Source: Syntrophales bacterium (lineage in GTDB: Bacteria; Desulfobacterota; Syntrophia; Syntrophales; PHBD01). From it: 64,000 bases of DNA. Numbering within the stretch: position 1 is the stretch's first letter; each line of letters opens with the position of its first letter. Location: contig OY764159.1 of NCBI GenBank assembly GCA_963668175.1, positions 1,408,001 to 1,472,000 on the forward strand. The letters run 5' to 3'. The position numbers were made by a program, and so were the translations under genes. This document shows, one piece after another, positions 36,832 to 48,111 of the stretch. The notes beneath the pieces are model-generated. The model ran no database searches. It saw only the letters and a list, made by a program, of their open reading frames with translations, and was not told the DNA's origin.

Positions 36832-37680
36832 GTGCAGGGAACGACAGTCGCGAAACTTCTCAAGGGATCGAAAATTCGCCTGGGTATCGACCGGATAGCC
36901 CGGCATCCCGGCTTCGACCGGCCGCTTGGCATGGCCCGGATCGGCCGCTTTTCCATATCCCCGACCGGCGGCCGTGAGGGAAGGCCGGTCGTGACCATCC
37001 TGGATGCGGCCCAGGTCCCGAACAGCGCCGGCATGGCGGCATCGCCGGTGTTCGGCGATATCCCCGCGGCCGCAGTCTGTCTCGCCATACCTTACGCCGC
37101 GTCGCAGCCCGCCGACATCATCGACGCCTTCCGCCGGTTCGACCTGCCGTGCTTTACATCCTTTTTCGACGAATATCTCCTGGAATCAAGACTCATATCG
37201 CTCTGCCGCGAGAAAATCGACCTTTGCACAACGATACAGGGGACGCTCGTCCGCCTGTTCAGCCGGGGCGTTTTGCTCACCGGCGAGAGCGGAACGGGAA
37301 AAACGGCCTGCGCCATCCGCCTTGCCCGCAAGGGCCACGACTGGGTGGCCGACGATGTCGTCGCGTTAAAAAAAGAAAAAGACGGAACGCTTTGCGGTCG
37401 CGCCCATCCGAGAATCGCCGGATTCATAGGTGTCCGCGGAGAGGGGGCCGTACGGGCCGACAAAGTGCTCCCGCCCGGCAGTATCCTCGAAGAAACATCC
37501 GTCGATCTGGTGGTCTCTTTTGTCCGGGAACAGGTTCCGGAGGCGGGACGAATCTCTTTTCGGAGGATTATGGGTAAGAAACTGCCGCAGCTCGAAATGC
37601 CGTGTTCGCTCGATGCGTCTGCGCTGGATTCGCAAATCGAGAGGCAAGTGGTGTTGATGGTTCATAGGGGGGAGGAATGA
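36832..37680 (+). CDS. hprK: Divergent HPr kinase/phosphorylase-like protein
   Basis: [13 protein letters not shown] and WVADD retained, position ptsN-hprK-rapZ; several conserved residues are lost (see findings). GTG at 36832 has a GAGG RBS; alternative start 36790. Confidence 0.65.
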   Translation: MQGTTVAKLLKGSKIRLGIDRIARHPGFDRPLGMARIGRFSISPTGGREGRPVVTILDAAQVPNSAGMAASPVFGDIPAAAVCLAIPYAASQPADIIDAFRRFDLPCFTSFFDEYLLESRLISLCREKIDLCTTIQGTLVRLFSRGVLLTGESGTGKTACAIRLARKGHDWVADDVVALKKEKDGTLCGRAHPRIAGFIGVRGEGAVRADKVLPPGSILEETSVDLVVSFVREQVPEAGRISFRRIMGKKLPQLEMPCSLDASALDSQIERQVVLMVHRGEE

Positions 37681-38546
37681 TGAGAAACATCAGGGTTTTG
37701 ATCATCACGGGGCTCTCCGGATCGGGCAAGAGTACCGCGATCCGGGCATTGGAAGACATCGGTTTCTTCTGCGTCGACAACCTGCCGGTCGTTCTGCTGC
37801 CTGATTTTCTGGAAATTCAGGCAGCTCCCGATAAGGATATCTCGCAGGTGGCCATGGTCATGGACCTGCGCGAGAAGGGGTTCATCGAGCAGTACCCGGA
37901 GATTTTCAAACGGTTACAGGAGAAGGGGTATCGGATCGAAGTCCTCTTTCTCGATTCGACGGACGAGGCCCTTCTCCACCGATTCAGCGAGACGAGGCGC
38001 GTCCATCCCATGGGCACCAAGGGGTCCATCCTCGACGGTATTCTCCTGGAGCGGGAAAAACTGGCGCCGCTGAAGCAGATGGCGGAAAGGGTGATCGATA
38101 CGAGTTCCCTGAACGTCCACCAGTTGAAAGACACGATCCAGCGCCTGTATCTGTCTTCCGATCGGCAAATCAAACTGGCGGTCAACATCTATTCGTTCGG
38201 CTACCGATACGGCATTCCCGCCGACGCCGATCTGGTCTTCGACGTCCGTTTCCTCCAGAACCCCTATTTCGTGGAGGAACTGAAGCATTTGACCGGCAAC
38301 GACCCCCGCGTGCGGGACTATGTCCTGGAGTTTAACGAAGGCAGGACGTTCATCCTGAAACTCTTCGACCTCATGACGTTTCTCGTGCCGCTTTACGACC
38401 GCGAGGGAAAATCGCGCCTCTGCATCGCCATGGGCTGCACCGGCGGAAAGCACCGTTCCGTCGTCATGGCCAATATGATCGCCACCTACTTTGCGGAACA
38501 CGCGTATCCCGTGAGCGTCACCCACCGGGACGTGGACAAGTCCTGA
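37677..38546 (+). CDS. rapZ: RapZ/YvcJ P-loop protein
   Basis: [38 protein letters not shown]. Confidence 0.95.
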   Translation: MMRNIRVLIITGLSGSGKSTAIRALEDIGFFCVDNLPVVLLPDFLEIQAAPDKDISQVAMVMDLREKGFIEQYPEIFKRLQEKGYRIEVLFLDSTDEALLHRFSETRRVHPMGTKGSILDGILLEREKLAPLKQMAERVIDTSSLNVHQLKDTIQRLYLSSDRQIKLAVNIYSFGYRYGIPADADLVFDVRFLQNPYFVEELKHLTGNDPRVRDYVLEFNEGRTFILKLFDLMTFLVPLYDREGKSRLCIAMGCTGGKHRSVVMANMIATYFAEHAYPVSVTHRDVDKS

Positions 38547-38559
38547 CACCGCCACCCCG

Positions 38560-39894
38560 CTACTGGGCCGCTGCCTGAATCTTCTTCGTCACATTGTCGG
38601 CGATCCAGTGCGCGTCCCACCACTCCACCGGATTGACGAACTCGCCGCTTACTAAAATGGAGAAGTGGAGATGATCGCCGCCGGCAAAGCCGGTTGCGCC
38701 GCTCCGGCCGATGACGTCGCCTTTCTTGACAGATGTCCCCGGTTTTGTGGAGACGGACGACATATGGCCGTAGAGACTGAAGATACCGAAACCGTGGTCG
38801 ATGATTACGATGTTGCCGTAAATGCCCATCGGACCCGTGAAGACCACGGTACCGCCGTTGCTTGCCTCGATGGGGGCCTGGGCCGTGGAGGCCAGATCCA
38901 CCCCCAGGTGGATGCTCTCTCCGGCGGACTTGCCGTTATATAGGTAGGTTCGGCTATCGCCGTACAGGGCCATCGGGGAGGCATTCTTCATGCGGAGGAA
39001 AGGCCCGTCCCAAAGTTGCCGGGGTTCCGATTTCCGGCAGAGTTCCTGGATGGCCTTCGTGTTTTCATCCCGCATCTTGGAATTGACGGTCACAAAGACA
39101 TCGATAGGCGTCTTGCCGCGAAGCTCCGGGTAAGCGACCTGAAAATCGCCCATCTTCTGGAGGAAGGTGTCCGACAGGTTGACTTTGTCGCCGCGGAATT
39201 TCTTGTCGAGGATCAGGCTGGGCAGGCCTGCCGAGGCGCTGTTTCCCGCCGTGTCGCTGGCCGTCACCGTAATCGGCGTCTGGCCGTTTCTGGCCTTCAT
39301 GGAGAGGGCGAAATAGGCGATCATGCATGGTTTGCCCGAAACGGTCGTGGCGTAACCCGGGAAGAAACGGTTCTCCGTCATAACACCGCTGACGGAGACG
39401 GGTTTGGAGACCCGGTACAGCACGACGCCCGTGCCGCCGGGGCTGATATTGTTCACCGATCCAAACGTAATCTGAATCTGCGGCGGCATCAGGTCGATCG
39501 TTACCGGACGGGTGACGATCGTTTGGTTTTTCCACAGGGAATAGTCGACGGCCGTTACCGCTAACGTGGCCGGCCCTTCCTTCAGTTTAAGGGCCATCGC
39601 ATCGACCGTAACGGAGACCGTTTTCTGATACAATCCCCGGTTGGGGTATTCGAAGGAAGCCAGGGGATAGGCCTTGTTGTCCTGGATGATCGTGATGGCC
39701 GTCGAACGCAGACCGCTGCGTTGGTCGCCGAAGGAAACGTCGATGATTTTCTGCCGGCCGACGACGCTGACGTCCTGCGCAAACTGAACGGAAGGCTTTT
39801 CGAATTCGCCGTAAGTCAGGAAGAAGAAGCACCCCGCCGCAACGATAACGATGACGGCGACGACCATCATGGACCATCTGTATGTTTTGATCAT
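38560..39894 (-). CDS. M23 family peptidoglycan metallopeptidase
   Basis: N-terminal TM, HLGVDLA, YGHM, GDHLHF. Confidence 0.9.
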   Translation of the reverse strand: MIKTYRWSMMVVAVIVIVAAGCFFFLTYGEFEKPSVQFAQDVSVVGRQKIIDVSFGDQRSGLRSTAITIIQDNKAYPLASFEYPNRGLYQKTVSVTVDAMALKLKEGPATLAVTAVDYSLWKNQTIVTRPVTIDLMPPQIQITFGSVNNISPGGTGVVLYRVSKPVSVSGVMTENRFFPGYATTVSGKPCMIAYFALSMKARNGQTPITVTASDTAGNSASAGLPSLILDKKFRGDKVNLSDTFLQKMGDFQVAYPELRGKTPIDVFVTVNSKMRDENTKAIQELCRKSEPRQLWDGPFLRMKNASPMALYGDSRTYLYNGKSAGESIHLGVDLASTAQAPIEASNGGTVVFTGPMGIYGNIVIIDHGFGIFSLYGHMSSVSTKPGTSVKKGDVIGRSGATGFAGGDHLHFSILVSGEFVNPVEWWDAHWIADNVTKKIQAAAQ

Positions 39895-40052
39895 ATTTCG
39901 GACCCTCGTTTTTTGCCCTCCTATAATGGTTTTTTGCCCGCTTGGCAAGGCCTAACGCAAAGGGCCCGCCGCTTAGAATTCCTTGATATTGAGCCGGATA
40001 ATTGCTATATTTTTAACTTATAGGGAATATATCCTACGGGAGGGAGTCGGCC

Positions 40053-41249
40053 ATGCTGACCGGTAAAAAGATCGTTCTGGGGGTAACGGGGGGCATCGCC
40101 GCTTACAAAGCGGCGGAGCTGACCAGGGAATTTGTGAAGCAGGGGGCGCAGGTCAAAGTGATCATGACGAAAAACGCCGCCGAATTCATTACGCCGCTGA
40201 CCCTCCAGACCCTTTCCAACCAGCCGGTCTTTACCGAGATGTTCTCCCTGACCCGGGAACACGATATCGCCCATATTTCCCTTGCGGAATACGGCGACCT
40301 GATCGTCGTCGCCCCGGCCACGGCCAACGTGATCGGCAAGATCGCGGCGGGGATTGCCGATGATCTGCTGACGACGGTCGTCATGGCCGCCAGGACACCC
40401 GTGATGTTCGCCCCGGCGATGAACGTCCATATGTACGGCAATCCGATTTTTAAAGAGAACGTCGAGAAGCTGACCGCCCGGGGATACCGTTTCATGGAAC
40501 CCGGCTACGGGGAGCTCGCCTGCAAGACGGAAGGCCAGGGACGTCTGCCCGATATCGGAGAAATCGTCGACGAGGCCTTGTCCATCCTGACTACGAAAGA
40601 TTTAGAGGGCGAGACGGTCCTGGTGACGGCCGGTCCGACCCGGGAGCCCTTCGACCCGGTCCGTTTCATCACCAACTACTCTTCCGGCAAAATGGGGTAC
40701 GCCATTGCCGCCAAAGCCAGGCATCGCGGGGCGAATGTCATCCTCGTGAGCGGCCCGGCCTCGCTCCCCGTGCCCCGGGGTGTCCGGTTCGTTTCCGTAT
40801 CGAGCGCGCTGGAGATGCGGGATACAGTCATGGCCCATCTGCCGGAAGCGACGGTCGTCGTCAAGGCCGCCGCCGTGGCCGATTACCGCCCGGCCCTGCG
40901 GTCGGAGTCCAAGATCAAGAAGAAGGCGGGTCCTTTGACGTTATCGCTTGAGCGCAATCCCGATATTATCGCCGAAATAGGGAAGAAGAAGGGAAACCGA
41001 ATCCTCGTGGGGTTCGCCATGGAGTCGGAGAATCTTGTCGATTACGCCACGGAAAAGATGGTGAATAAGAACATGGACTTTATCGTGGCCAACGACCTTA
41101 CAGAGGAGGGCGCGGGGTTCTGTACGGATACCAACGTAATCAATATCATCGCCCGTGACGGGAAGATGGAGCGCCTGCCCCTGATGAGCAAAACGGCGGT
41201 TGCGGACCGCATCCTAGACCGGGTAAAGGGTCTGATCGATAAGCGATGA
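40053..41249 (+). CDS. coaBC: Bifunctional phosphopantothenoylcysteine decarboxylase/ligase
   Basis: GVTGGIAAYK, PAMN, LAC...G.GR, TAGPTRE..DPVRF.TN.SSGKMG, AAVADY, VGFAME. Confidence 0.97.
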   Translation: MLTGKKIVLGVTGGIAAYKAAELTREFVKQGAQVKVIMTKNAAEFITPLTLQTLSNQPVFTEMFSLTREHDIAHISLAEYGDLIVVAPATANVIGKIAAGIADDLLTTVVMAARTPVMFAPAMNVHMYGNPIFKENVEKLTARGYRFMEPGYGELACKTEGQGRLPDIGEIVDEALSILTTKDLEGETVLVTAGPTREPFDPVRFITNYSSGKMGYAIAAKARHRGANVILVSGPASLPVPRGVRFVSVSSALEMRDTVMAHLPEATVVVKAAAVADYRPALRSESKIKKKAGPLTLSLERNPDIIAEIGKKKGNRILVGFAMESENLVDYATEKMVNKNMDFIVANDLTEEGAGFCTDTNVINIIARDGKMERLPLMSKTAVADRILDRVKGLIDKR

Positions 41250-42019
41250 GCGAAGAGGCCGCGAATAAAAGAGAAGAAGCCAGGGAAGAACTCCTCGCGA
41301 TGGTGAGGAGCCTCTCCGAGTGTGTCCGGGCCGGAAACGAATCGAGGTGTAAACTGCCCTTTCTCAAGATACAGGCCGCGGACGCCGGCCCCCGGGCCGT
41401 TCCGCCGGAAACCCTGCTGCCGCCGGAACCGGAGGCGGCGATGGAAACAGAAACGGAAACGTATGCGGATACGGAAACGCTGGATGCCCTGCGTGCCCGG
41501 TTCGGCGATTGCCACCGGTGCCCGCTGGGAAAAACCAGGACCCATTTCGTCTTCGGCGAGGGCGATCCCCGCGCCGACCTGGTCTTTGTAGGAGAAGCTC
41601 CCGGGGCCGACGAAGACAGACTGGGCAGGCCGTTTGTCGGCCGGGCCGGCCAATTGCTCACGAAGATCATCGAAGCGATGAAACTTTCCCGAGACAAGGT
41701 CTATATCTGCAATATCCTGAAGTGCCGTCCCCCGGGCAACCGGAATCCAGCGCCTGCTGAGATTTCCGCCTGCGAGCCGGTCCTCATCAAACAGCTCGAA
41801 ATCATCAAACCAAAGGTCATCTGCGCCCTCGGCACCTTTGCCGCCAAGACCCTTCTTAAGACCGAGGCCCCGATCACGATCCTGCGGGGGCGCTTCCACG
41901 ACTACCACGGCATCAAGCTGATGCCGACCTATCATCCGGCATACCTGTTGCGGAATCCCGGGGCCAAAAAGCAGGTGTGGGAAGATGTCCAGGTGATCAT
42001 GCAGGAATTGGGGATTTAA
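41246..42019 (+). CDS. Family 4 uracil-DNA glycosylase ([4Fe-4S])
   Basis: C..C.L, FVGEAPG..ED..G.PFVG.AG, KCRPPGNR, TYHPAYLLR. Confidence 0.93.
   Translation: MSEEAANKREEAREELLAMVRSLSECVRAGNESRCKLPFLKIQAADAGPRAVPPETLLPPEPEAAMETETETYADTETLDALRARFGDCHRCPLGKTRTHFVFGEGDPRADLVFVGEAPGADEDRLGRPFVGRAGQLLTKIIEAMKLSRDKVYICNILKCRPPGNRNPAPAEISACEPVLIKQLEIIKPKVICALGTFAAKTLLKTEAPITILRGRFHDYHGIKLMPTYHPAYLLRNPGAKKQVWEDVQVIMQELGI
41444..41479 (+). repeat. Short 6-bp coding tandem repeat in the UDG linker
   Basis: gaaaca gaaacg gaaacg ... gatacg gaaacg, encoding ETETETYADTET. Confidence 0.5.
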
Positions 42020-42113
42020 TGGCAAGAATAATCGCCGGCGGGGATTCCCGCCCGGCGGAAGCCGGTTTTACGAAGATTTCGTAGGGACGGCGCCCGGTTC
42101 ACGGAGGTCATTT

Positions 42114-43436
42114 ATGCGAAGAGGATTACGACCTTTCTTTCTCTTATTAGCGGCGATGCTCGTGTTTTTCGCCTTTGCGGATGCGGCCCGTGCGGAAGAA
42201 CGGAAGCCCGTTTTTGACGTCATTACCGTCAGTGCCGTCATCACACCGCCGATCGCCGAGTATGTCGGACAGAGCATCAACGAATCGGCGCGGGCGGGTT
42301 CGGAAGGGCTGATCATCCTCCTGGATACGCCGGGCGGGCTAGACCTGGCGATGAGGGACATCGCCAAGGCGATCCTCAACGCGCCCATCCCCGTCATCGT
42401 CTTCGTCTATCCGTCGGGAGCGCGTGCCGCTTCGGCGGGTGTGATCATCACCGTCTCGGCCCATATAGCCGCCATGGCACCCGGCACCAACATCGGCGCG
42501 GCCCATCCCGTCGGTATCGGCATCGGCGGGGGCATGGACAAGACGATGATGAAGAAGGTCGAGAACGACGCCGTCGCCTACGTCCGGGGCATCGTCAAGA
42601 AAAAGGGCCGGAACGAGGAATGGGTCGAAAAAGCGGTCCGGCGGAGCGAGTCGATCACGGCCGAAGAAGCCCTGAAGCACAACGTCATCGATGTGATGGC
42701 GACGAACGTCGACGATCTGCTCCGGCAGATAGACGGCCGCGAAGTGACGACGAGCAAGGGCAAGGTCGTGCTGAATACAAAGAACGCCGTCGTCAATTCG
42801 AAAAAGATCGGCACCCGGCAGAAGATCCTTTCCGCCATCAGCGATCCGAATATTGCCTACATCCTGTTCCTGATCGGCCTGGCGGGGCTCTATTTCGAGT
42901 TTTCCAGTCCGGGAGCCGTCCTGCCCGGCATTGTCGGGGGGATTTCGCTGATCCTGGCCTTTTTCGCTATGCAGACCCTGTCTGTCAACTACGCCGGCGT
43001 GGCGTTGATCCTCTTCGCCGTCATTCTCTTCGTCGCAGAGCTGAAGGTCAACAGCCACGGGGTCCTCACCATCGGCGGGATCGTCTCCCTGGTACTCGGA
43101 TCGCTTCTGCTCTTCGATACGGGAGAGCCCTCGCTCGGGGTGGCCTGGACGGTCCTGATACCCGCCGTGACGATCACCTCCCTTTTCTTCGTGGCGGTGA
43201 TCACCCTGGCCCTGAAAGCCCAGCTGCGGAAGAAGGTTACGGGAAGCGAAGGCATGATCGGGATGGCCGGCGAGGCCGTCACGGATGTCGAGGCGGACGG
43301 AAAGGTCCTGGTCATGGGTGAATTCTGGGAAGCCTGGAGCGATCGGCCGATCGCCCGGGGAAGCAAGGTGAAGGTGCTGGAGGTCAAGGGCCTTCGATTG
43401 AAGGTGGAATTACAGAAGGAGGTTAAACCGATATGA
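42114..43436 (+). CDS. nfeD: Long-form NfeD (ClpP-like serine protease + TM + OB fold)
   Basis: [27 protein letters not shown] block, C-terminal G..V.GE.W.A. Confidence 0.92.
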   Translation: MRRGLRPFFLLLAAMLVFFAFADAARAEERKPVFDVITVSAVITPPIAEYVGQSINESARAGSEGLIILLDTPGGLDLAMRDIAKAILNAPIPVIVFVYPSGARAASAGVIITVSAHIAAMAPGTNIGAAHPVGIGIGGGMDKTMMKKVENDAVAYVRGIVKKKGRNEEWVEKAVRRSESITAEEALKHNVIDVMATNVDDLLRQIDGREVTTSKGKVVLNTKNAVVNSKKIGTRQKILSAISDPNIAYILFLIGLAGLYFEFSSPGAVLPGIVGGISLILAFFAMQTLSVNYAGVALILFAVILFVAELKVNSHGVLTIGGIVSLVLGSLLLFDTGEPSLGVAWTVLIPAVTITSLFFVAVITLALKAQLRKKVTGSEGMIGMAGEAVTDVEADGKVLVMGEFWEAWSDRPIARGSKVKVLEVKGLRLKVELQKEVKPI

Positions 43437-44185
43437 CGCTGACTACGATTGTGACCCTGATTGTTTTAGTCCTTATGTTTTTTTCCGCGGCGATCCGGGT
43501 GTTGAACGAGTACGAGCGGGGGGTCATCTTCCGCCTGGGCCGGGTTATCGACACCAAGGGGCCGGGCCTCATTATCCTCATCCCGATCGTCGACAAGATG
43601 GTGAAGATCAGCATGCGGACGATCACGATGGATGTCCCTCCCCAGGACGTCATCACGCGGGACAACGTATCCATTAAAGTGAACGCCGTCGTCTATTTTC
43701 GGGTGGTGGACGCCCAGTCGGCGGTTATCTCGGTGGAGAACTACCTGTACGCCACTTCTCAGCTGGCCCAGACGACGCTCCGGAGCATCTGCGGCCAGGT
43801 GGAACTCGACGAAATCCTCTCCGCCCGCGACAAGATCAACCAGCATCTCCAGGAACTCCTGGACCGCAGCACGGACCCCTGGGGGATCAAGGTGACGCTC
43901 GTAGAAGTCAAGCACATCGATCTGCCGGAAGAGATGAAGCGGGCCATGGCGAAACAGGCCGAGGCGGAAAGGGAGAGACGCTCCAAGGTCATCAACGCGG
44001 AAGGCGAATTCCAGGCTGCGCAGAAGCTGATCGAAGCGGCGGCGCTCATGGCCACACAGCCCATGTCCCTCCAGCTCAGGTATCTGCAGACCTTGAACCA
44101 GATATCCGCCGAAAAAAGCTCGACCATTCTCTTCCCGATCCCGATCGACCTGGTCAAGCCATTCTTGAAGCTGGTGGAGAAATAG
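43433..44185 (+). CDS. Slipin/stomatin (SPFH) protein
   Basis: [54 protein letters not shown] overlap with nfeD. Confidence 0.95.
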   Translation: MTLTTIVTLIVLVLMFFSAAIRVLNEYERGVIFRLGRVIDTKGPGLIILIPIVDKMVKISMRTITMDVPPQDVITRDNVSIKVNAVVYFRVVDAQSAVISVENYLYATSQLAQTTLRSICGQVELDEILSARDKINQHLQELLDRSTDPWGIKVTLVEVKHIDLPEEMKRAMAKQAEAERERRSKVINAEGEFQAAQKLIEAAALMATQPMSLQLRYLQTLNQISAEKSSTILFPIPIDLVKPFLKLVEK

Positions 44186-44324
44186 CCGTAACAGCCGGGA
44201 GCCTTCCACCCGCTGAAACGGACAAAGGCGCGCCGACGGCGGCTGCCGGGCGTATGTTTGTATGCGGATTTGTTCCTGCGGGAGCTGGACGAACGTAACG
44301 ACAGAGGGAAAGGAGCCGATCGCG

Positions 44325-44651
44325 ATGGAAGACAGGGAAAAGATGCACGTCCTGACGGGCGGGATGATTCTGATCACGTTGGGGATACTGATTCTGTTGA
44401 ACAGCATGGATGTCTACGGGTTCTCGAAGAGCTGGCCGATCCTGCTCATCATCATCGCGATAGGCACCCTGATCCAGCGGGGCAAGGACATCGGCGGCTG
44501 GTTCATCGCCGTTGCCGGCGTGATCTTCCTTGTCAGCCAGAACGGGTGGATGGATATGAACAGAATCGCCGTATACCTGCTGCCGCTGTTGCTGATCGTG
44601 ATCGGCGTCAACATTTTGAGGAGGCATTACCGGAAGCGCAAGGAAGGATGA
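44325..44651 (+). CDS. Small membrane protein (LiaF-like TM domain)
   Basis: Four hydrophobic segments, GxILIxLG...WPILLI pattern; AGGAG RBS. Confidence 0.7.
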   Translation: MEDREKMHVLTGGMILITLGILILLNSMDVYGFSKSWPILLIIIAIGTLIQRGKDIGGWFIAVAGVIFLVSQNGWMDMNRIAVYLLPLLLIVIGVNILRRHYRKRKEG

Positions 44652-44677
44652 GAAATGACCCGGGTGGTGGAAGTATC

Positions 44678-45358
44678 ATGAAGGCAGGCAGGACCAAAGG
44701 AAAGAAACGGGGCAGGGTGCTCGTGATCACCGATTTTGACGGCACGCTCTGCACGGTGGACATGGGAAACAGAATCCTCAACCATTTTACCCGCGACGGA
44801 TGGCAGGGCATCGACGATGCGTATCTACGCGGCGACATCGGTTCGAAGACGGCGTACACGCAGATCGCCCCTTTTCTGAAAGGGACGCCGGCGGAGATGG
44901 CCGACTACGCCCGCAGGCACGGCGGGATCGATCCCTATTTCGGCGAATTCCTGCGGTTTGCCGGGGCCGGCGGCATCGACGTCCAGATCGTTTCCGACGG
45001 CCTCGATCTCTATATCGAGGCCATTCTGGCCGAAAACGGCTACAGCGACATCCCGTACATCTCCAACAGCCTGCTCTTCGAGAACGGCGTCTTCTCGTTG
45101 GCTTTCCCCGCCTGGAACGGCTTCTGCGGCCGTTGCGGCACGTGCAAGCGCTCGGTCGTGGAAGACCGGCGGAAGACCTACGACCGGATCGTCTACATCG
45201 GCGACGGCCATTCGGATGTCTGCCCTTCCGAGCACGCCGATCTCGTTTTTGCCAAGGGTTTTCTTTATCGGAAATGCCGGGAGAACGGCACCGCCTGCAT
45301 TCACATCGACCACTTCGGAGACGTTTTGGCCCGTCTGCAGGACGAATGCCCGCAGTAG
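44678..45358 (+). CDS. MtnX-like HAD-IB phosphatase
   Basis: DFDGT, IVSDG, C..CG.CK, YIGDGHSD.C, VFAK; alternative in-frame start 44648. Confidence 0.85.
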   Translation: MKAGRTKGKKRGRVLVITDFDGTLCTVDMGNRILNHFTRDGWQGIDDAYLRGDIGSKTAYTQIAPFLKGTPAEMADYARRHGGIDPYFGEFLRFAGAGGIDVQIVSDGLDLYIEAILAENGYSDIPYISNSLLFENGVFSLAFPAWNGFCGRCGTCKRSVVEDRRKTYDRIVYIGDGHSDVCPSEHADLVFAKGFLYRKCRENGTACIHIDHFGDVLARLQDECPQ

Positions 45359-45504
45359 GTCCGCCAGTTCCTGTGCCGCCCGGAGAGCCATTCCGGGCCG
45401 CGATCCCGGCGGGATCTCCGTTTCGTCTGTGCCGTCCGTTTCCGGCCGGGAACCTTCTCCCTTCTTCCGTTGCTTTATCGCATGCCTTTTGGTATTCATA
45501 GGAT

Positions 45505-46020
45505 ATGAGTCCTCCTCGCGTCTGTGCGATAGGGGCCGTTAGCCGGCTCTCCTTTCTCCTGCTGTCTTTCCTGATTGCCGGCGGCTGTTCGTCTCCCGAA
45601 TCGGGGAAGGAGGCGGTCTGGAAGCACTACGCCCAGACGGATGACTATGAGTTCTATTACGATAACGGGAACCTGGAATATCGGGACGACAGCATCGTCA
45701 GGGTATCGCTGAAACGGGAGTTGAAAGGGGAAAACCCGATTATCCCGGAGACGAAAAAATCGGTCCTGAGGGAAATGAAGAAACGCCAGAAGGCGGGGAT
45801 GTCCATCCAGGGTTACGAAAACTGGGACCATGAGGTCGTTGTGTGCGAGATCGACTGCCGGAGCCGCATCATCCGTTTCCTGAAATCGACCAATTACGAC
45901 CATAGCGGGAAAATCCTGGACCAGATCGTCGTACCCGAATCCGTCCTCAAGTGGGACAAGATCATCCCCGGCACCATCAACGACCTGCTCGGCCGGGCCG
46001 TCTGCGCCCGTAAGGAATGA
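45505..46020 (+). CDS. Putative lipoprotein (surface-adhesin E-like)
   Basis: Lipobox LIAGGC; W..Y...YYD...EIDC...Y...G...W..I.PGT....L...VC pattern. Confidence 0.6.
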   Translation: MSPPRVCAIGAVSRLSFLLLSFLIAGGCSSPESGKEAVWKHYAQTDDYEFYYDNGNLEYRDDSIVRVSLKRELKGENPIIPETKKSVLREMKKRQKAGMSIQGYENWDHEVVVCEIDCRSRIIRFLKSTNYDHSGKILDQIVVPESVLKWDKIIPGTINDLLGRAVCARKE

Positions 46021-46127
46021 CGGCGGTGGATGCGTTCGCGGGATAAGGTTAAGGAGCAAGCCGATGCCGCATCATTGAGGGGCATTCGGCTGGAGATGAC
46101 GAACTTATCAAGAAGAAAGGAGCCACG

Positions 46128-46706
46128 ATGAAAAAATCGATCAAGGGAACAAAAACGGAGAAAAATCTGCTGGCGGCTTTTGCCGGTGAATCCCAGGCAA
46201 GAAACCGATATACCTATTTTGCCAGTGCGGCACGGAAGGAAGGATACGAGCAGATTGCCAATATTTTCCTGGAAACGGCCGAGAACGAGAAGGAACATGC
46301 GAAAGTTTTCTTCAAGCATCTCGAAGGGGGCGATGTGGAGATCGTTGCCGCTTATCCCGCCGGGGTCATCGGCGACACGAAGTCCAACCTCGAGGCCGCC
46401 GCGGCCGGAGAAAACATGGAATGGACGACCCTCTATTCCGATTTTGCCGCCACGGCCAAGAACGAAGGTTTTGCGGAAGTTGCCCGGTCGTTCGATCAGG
46501 TGGCCAAAGTCGAGAGATATCATGAAGCCCGGTACCGTAAATTGATCGCCAATCTCATGGCCGGCGGGGTCTTCAAGAAGAAGGCGGCCGTGAAGTGGCA
46601 CTGCATCAACTGCGGCTATGTCCTGGAAGGCACGGAGCCCCCGAAGAGCTGCCCGGCCTGCCAGCATTCCCAGGCTTATTTCGAAGTCCTGGCGGAGAAT
46701 TACTAA
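46128..46706 (+). CDS. rbr: Rubrerythrin
   Basis: [18 protein letters not shown], rubredoxin knuckles WHCINCG...CPAC. Confidence 0.96.
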   Translation: MKKSIKGTKTEKNLLAAFAGESQARNRYTYFASAARKEGYEQIANIFLETAENEKEHAKVFFKHLEGGDVEIVAAYPAGVIGDTKSNLEAAAAGENMEWTTLYSDFAATAKNEGFAEVARSFDQVAKVERYHEARYRKLIANLMAGGVFKKKAAVKWHCINCGYVLEGTEPPKSCPACQHSQAYFEVLAENY

Positions 46707-46739
46707 AGAAGCGGCCTTCTGGCCGGAAAAGGAGCGGCG

Positions 46740-47180
46740 ATGAAACGCACGTTTTCGCAAGTACTGATCGCGGTTGTTTTCCTTCTGTTCTGGGCCGGCC
46801 CGGCCCCCGCCTCGGATCAGGCGGACGTCAACGCCCTGCTGGACCGTTTCGAGACGGCCATCGCCAACGACGACATCACCGCGGTGGAGTCGTGTCTCTT
46901 CCGGAAGGGCTTTTTCCAGGTCTACGATTACACGGGCAAGGGGGTCCAGGTTTACGGCAAGGAAGGCATGCTGGACCCGGCATGGTTCAAGAGCAACCGG
47001 TATGTGCGGTTTGAGAACCGCCAGATCACGCTGGAGGGCAATGTCGCCTATATCCGGTGCATCGAGAATTCCCTTCACAACAGCGGTGCCAATCCGCACT
47101 ACAGGACCCTGATCATCGCCGTCAAGGACGCCCGGAACTGGTTCCTGGCGGTGCTGTCGGGGAAGCAGATCGATTTTTAA
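46740..47180 (+). CDS. Secreted NTF2/SnoaL-like protein
   Basis: Signal peptide (..APA-S), helix followed by beta strands, ends VK....W; AGGAG RBS. Confidence 0.55.
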   Translation: MKRTFSQVLIAVVFLLFWAGPAPASDQADVNALLDRFETAIANDDITAVESCLFRKGFFQVYDYTGKGVQVYGKEGMLDPAWFKSNRYVRFENRQITLEGNVAYIRCIENSLHNSGANPHYRTLIIAVKDARNWFLAVLSGKQIDF

Positions 47181-47209
47181 CGGCGTGTTCGAAACGCAAG
47201 GGTAGAGGT

Positions 47210-48019
47210 ATGACGGAACTCATTTATGAAAAAAAGGACATGATCGCTACAGTGGGCATGAACCGGCCGCAGGCGAAAAACGCCCTCGACCCCCATATCC
47301 TCATGGAGCTTCACCGGGCCTGGGAAGACGTAAGCCGGGACGAAGCCGTTCGGGTCGTCATCCTTCATTCCTGCCTGTCCGATATCTTCTGCGCGGGCAT
47401 GGATCTGAAGACGGTCATTCCGATCCTGACGAGGGCCAGGGCGCCGGAAACGGAGGCGGAGCGTTGGCTGATTTCGTCCGGCGATCAGGTGGCGGAAGCT
47501 ATGCTGAAACCGAACAGGGTGACGAAGCCCGTCATCGCCGCGATCAACGGCTACTGCCTGACGGGTGGATTCGAGATGGTCATGGGGGCGGACCTGCGGA
47601 TAGCCTCCGAAGATGCCGTTTTTCAGATGCGGGAGGCCGCGCTGGGCATCATGCCTACGGGCGGGGCCAATGTCTATCTGCCTCGATTGATGAGCCCCTG
47701 CCGGGCACTGGAGGTCCTGCTTACGGCGGGCAATTATCCGGCCCGTCAGTTGTGCGACTGGGGTTTCCTCAACCGGGTCGTTCCCCGCGAAAAACTCATG
47801 GACGAGGCCCGGGCGCTCGCCGTTTCAATCGCCGCCAACGGTCCCCTGGCCGTCCAGGGCATCGTCCGCTGCCATCGCGAAACCAGGGATATGAATTATC
47901 CCGAGGCCTTCCAGCGGGAACAGGACATCGGCATACCGGTCTTCGGAAGCGCCGATGCCCGGGAAGGCGTACTGGCCCAACGGGAAAAGCGGAAGCCTCA
48001 GTTTCCCGGCAAATATTGA
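47210..48019 (+). CDS. Enoyl-CoA hydratase/isomerase (crotonase family)
   Basis: MNRP..KNAL, FCAGMDL, KPVIAAINGYCLTGGFE, REAALG; both catalytic Glu positions present. Confidence 0.93.
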   Translation: MTELIYEKKDMIATVGMNRPQAKNALDPHILMELHRAWEDVSRDEAVRVVILHSCLSDIFCAGMDLKTVIPILTRARAPETEAERWLISSGDQVAEAMLKPNRVTKPVIAAINGYCLTGGFEMVMGADLRIASEDAVFQMREAALGIMPTGGANVYLPRLMSPCRALEVLLTAGNYPARQLCDWGFLNRVVPREKLMDEARALAVSIAANGPLAVQGIVRCHRETRDMNYPEAFQREQDIGIPVFGSADAREGVLAQREKRKPQFPGKY

Positions 48020-48032
48020 TGTGACGTTGCGA

Positions 48033-48060
48033 GGCCGCCCCCGGACGTCCGGGGGCGGCC
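48033..48060. terminator. Perfect 28-bp GC-rich palindrome after the enoyl-CoA hydratase gene
   Basis: GGCCGCCCCCGGAC|GTCCGGGGGCGGCC; followed only by GTTT, so terminator activity is uncertain. Confidence 0.5.
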
Positions 48061-48111
48061 GTTTGGCGCGCAGATGACGGCCGGAACGGGCCCTTCGCAT
48101 CCGGGGATTGC

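Noticed and set aside
44258..44677. N-terminal extension of the HAD phosphatase ORF in the track (366 aa)
   Set aside because: Overlaps the LiaF-like membrane gene in another frame; the HAD domain starts only after about 44678.
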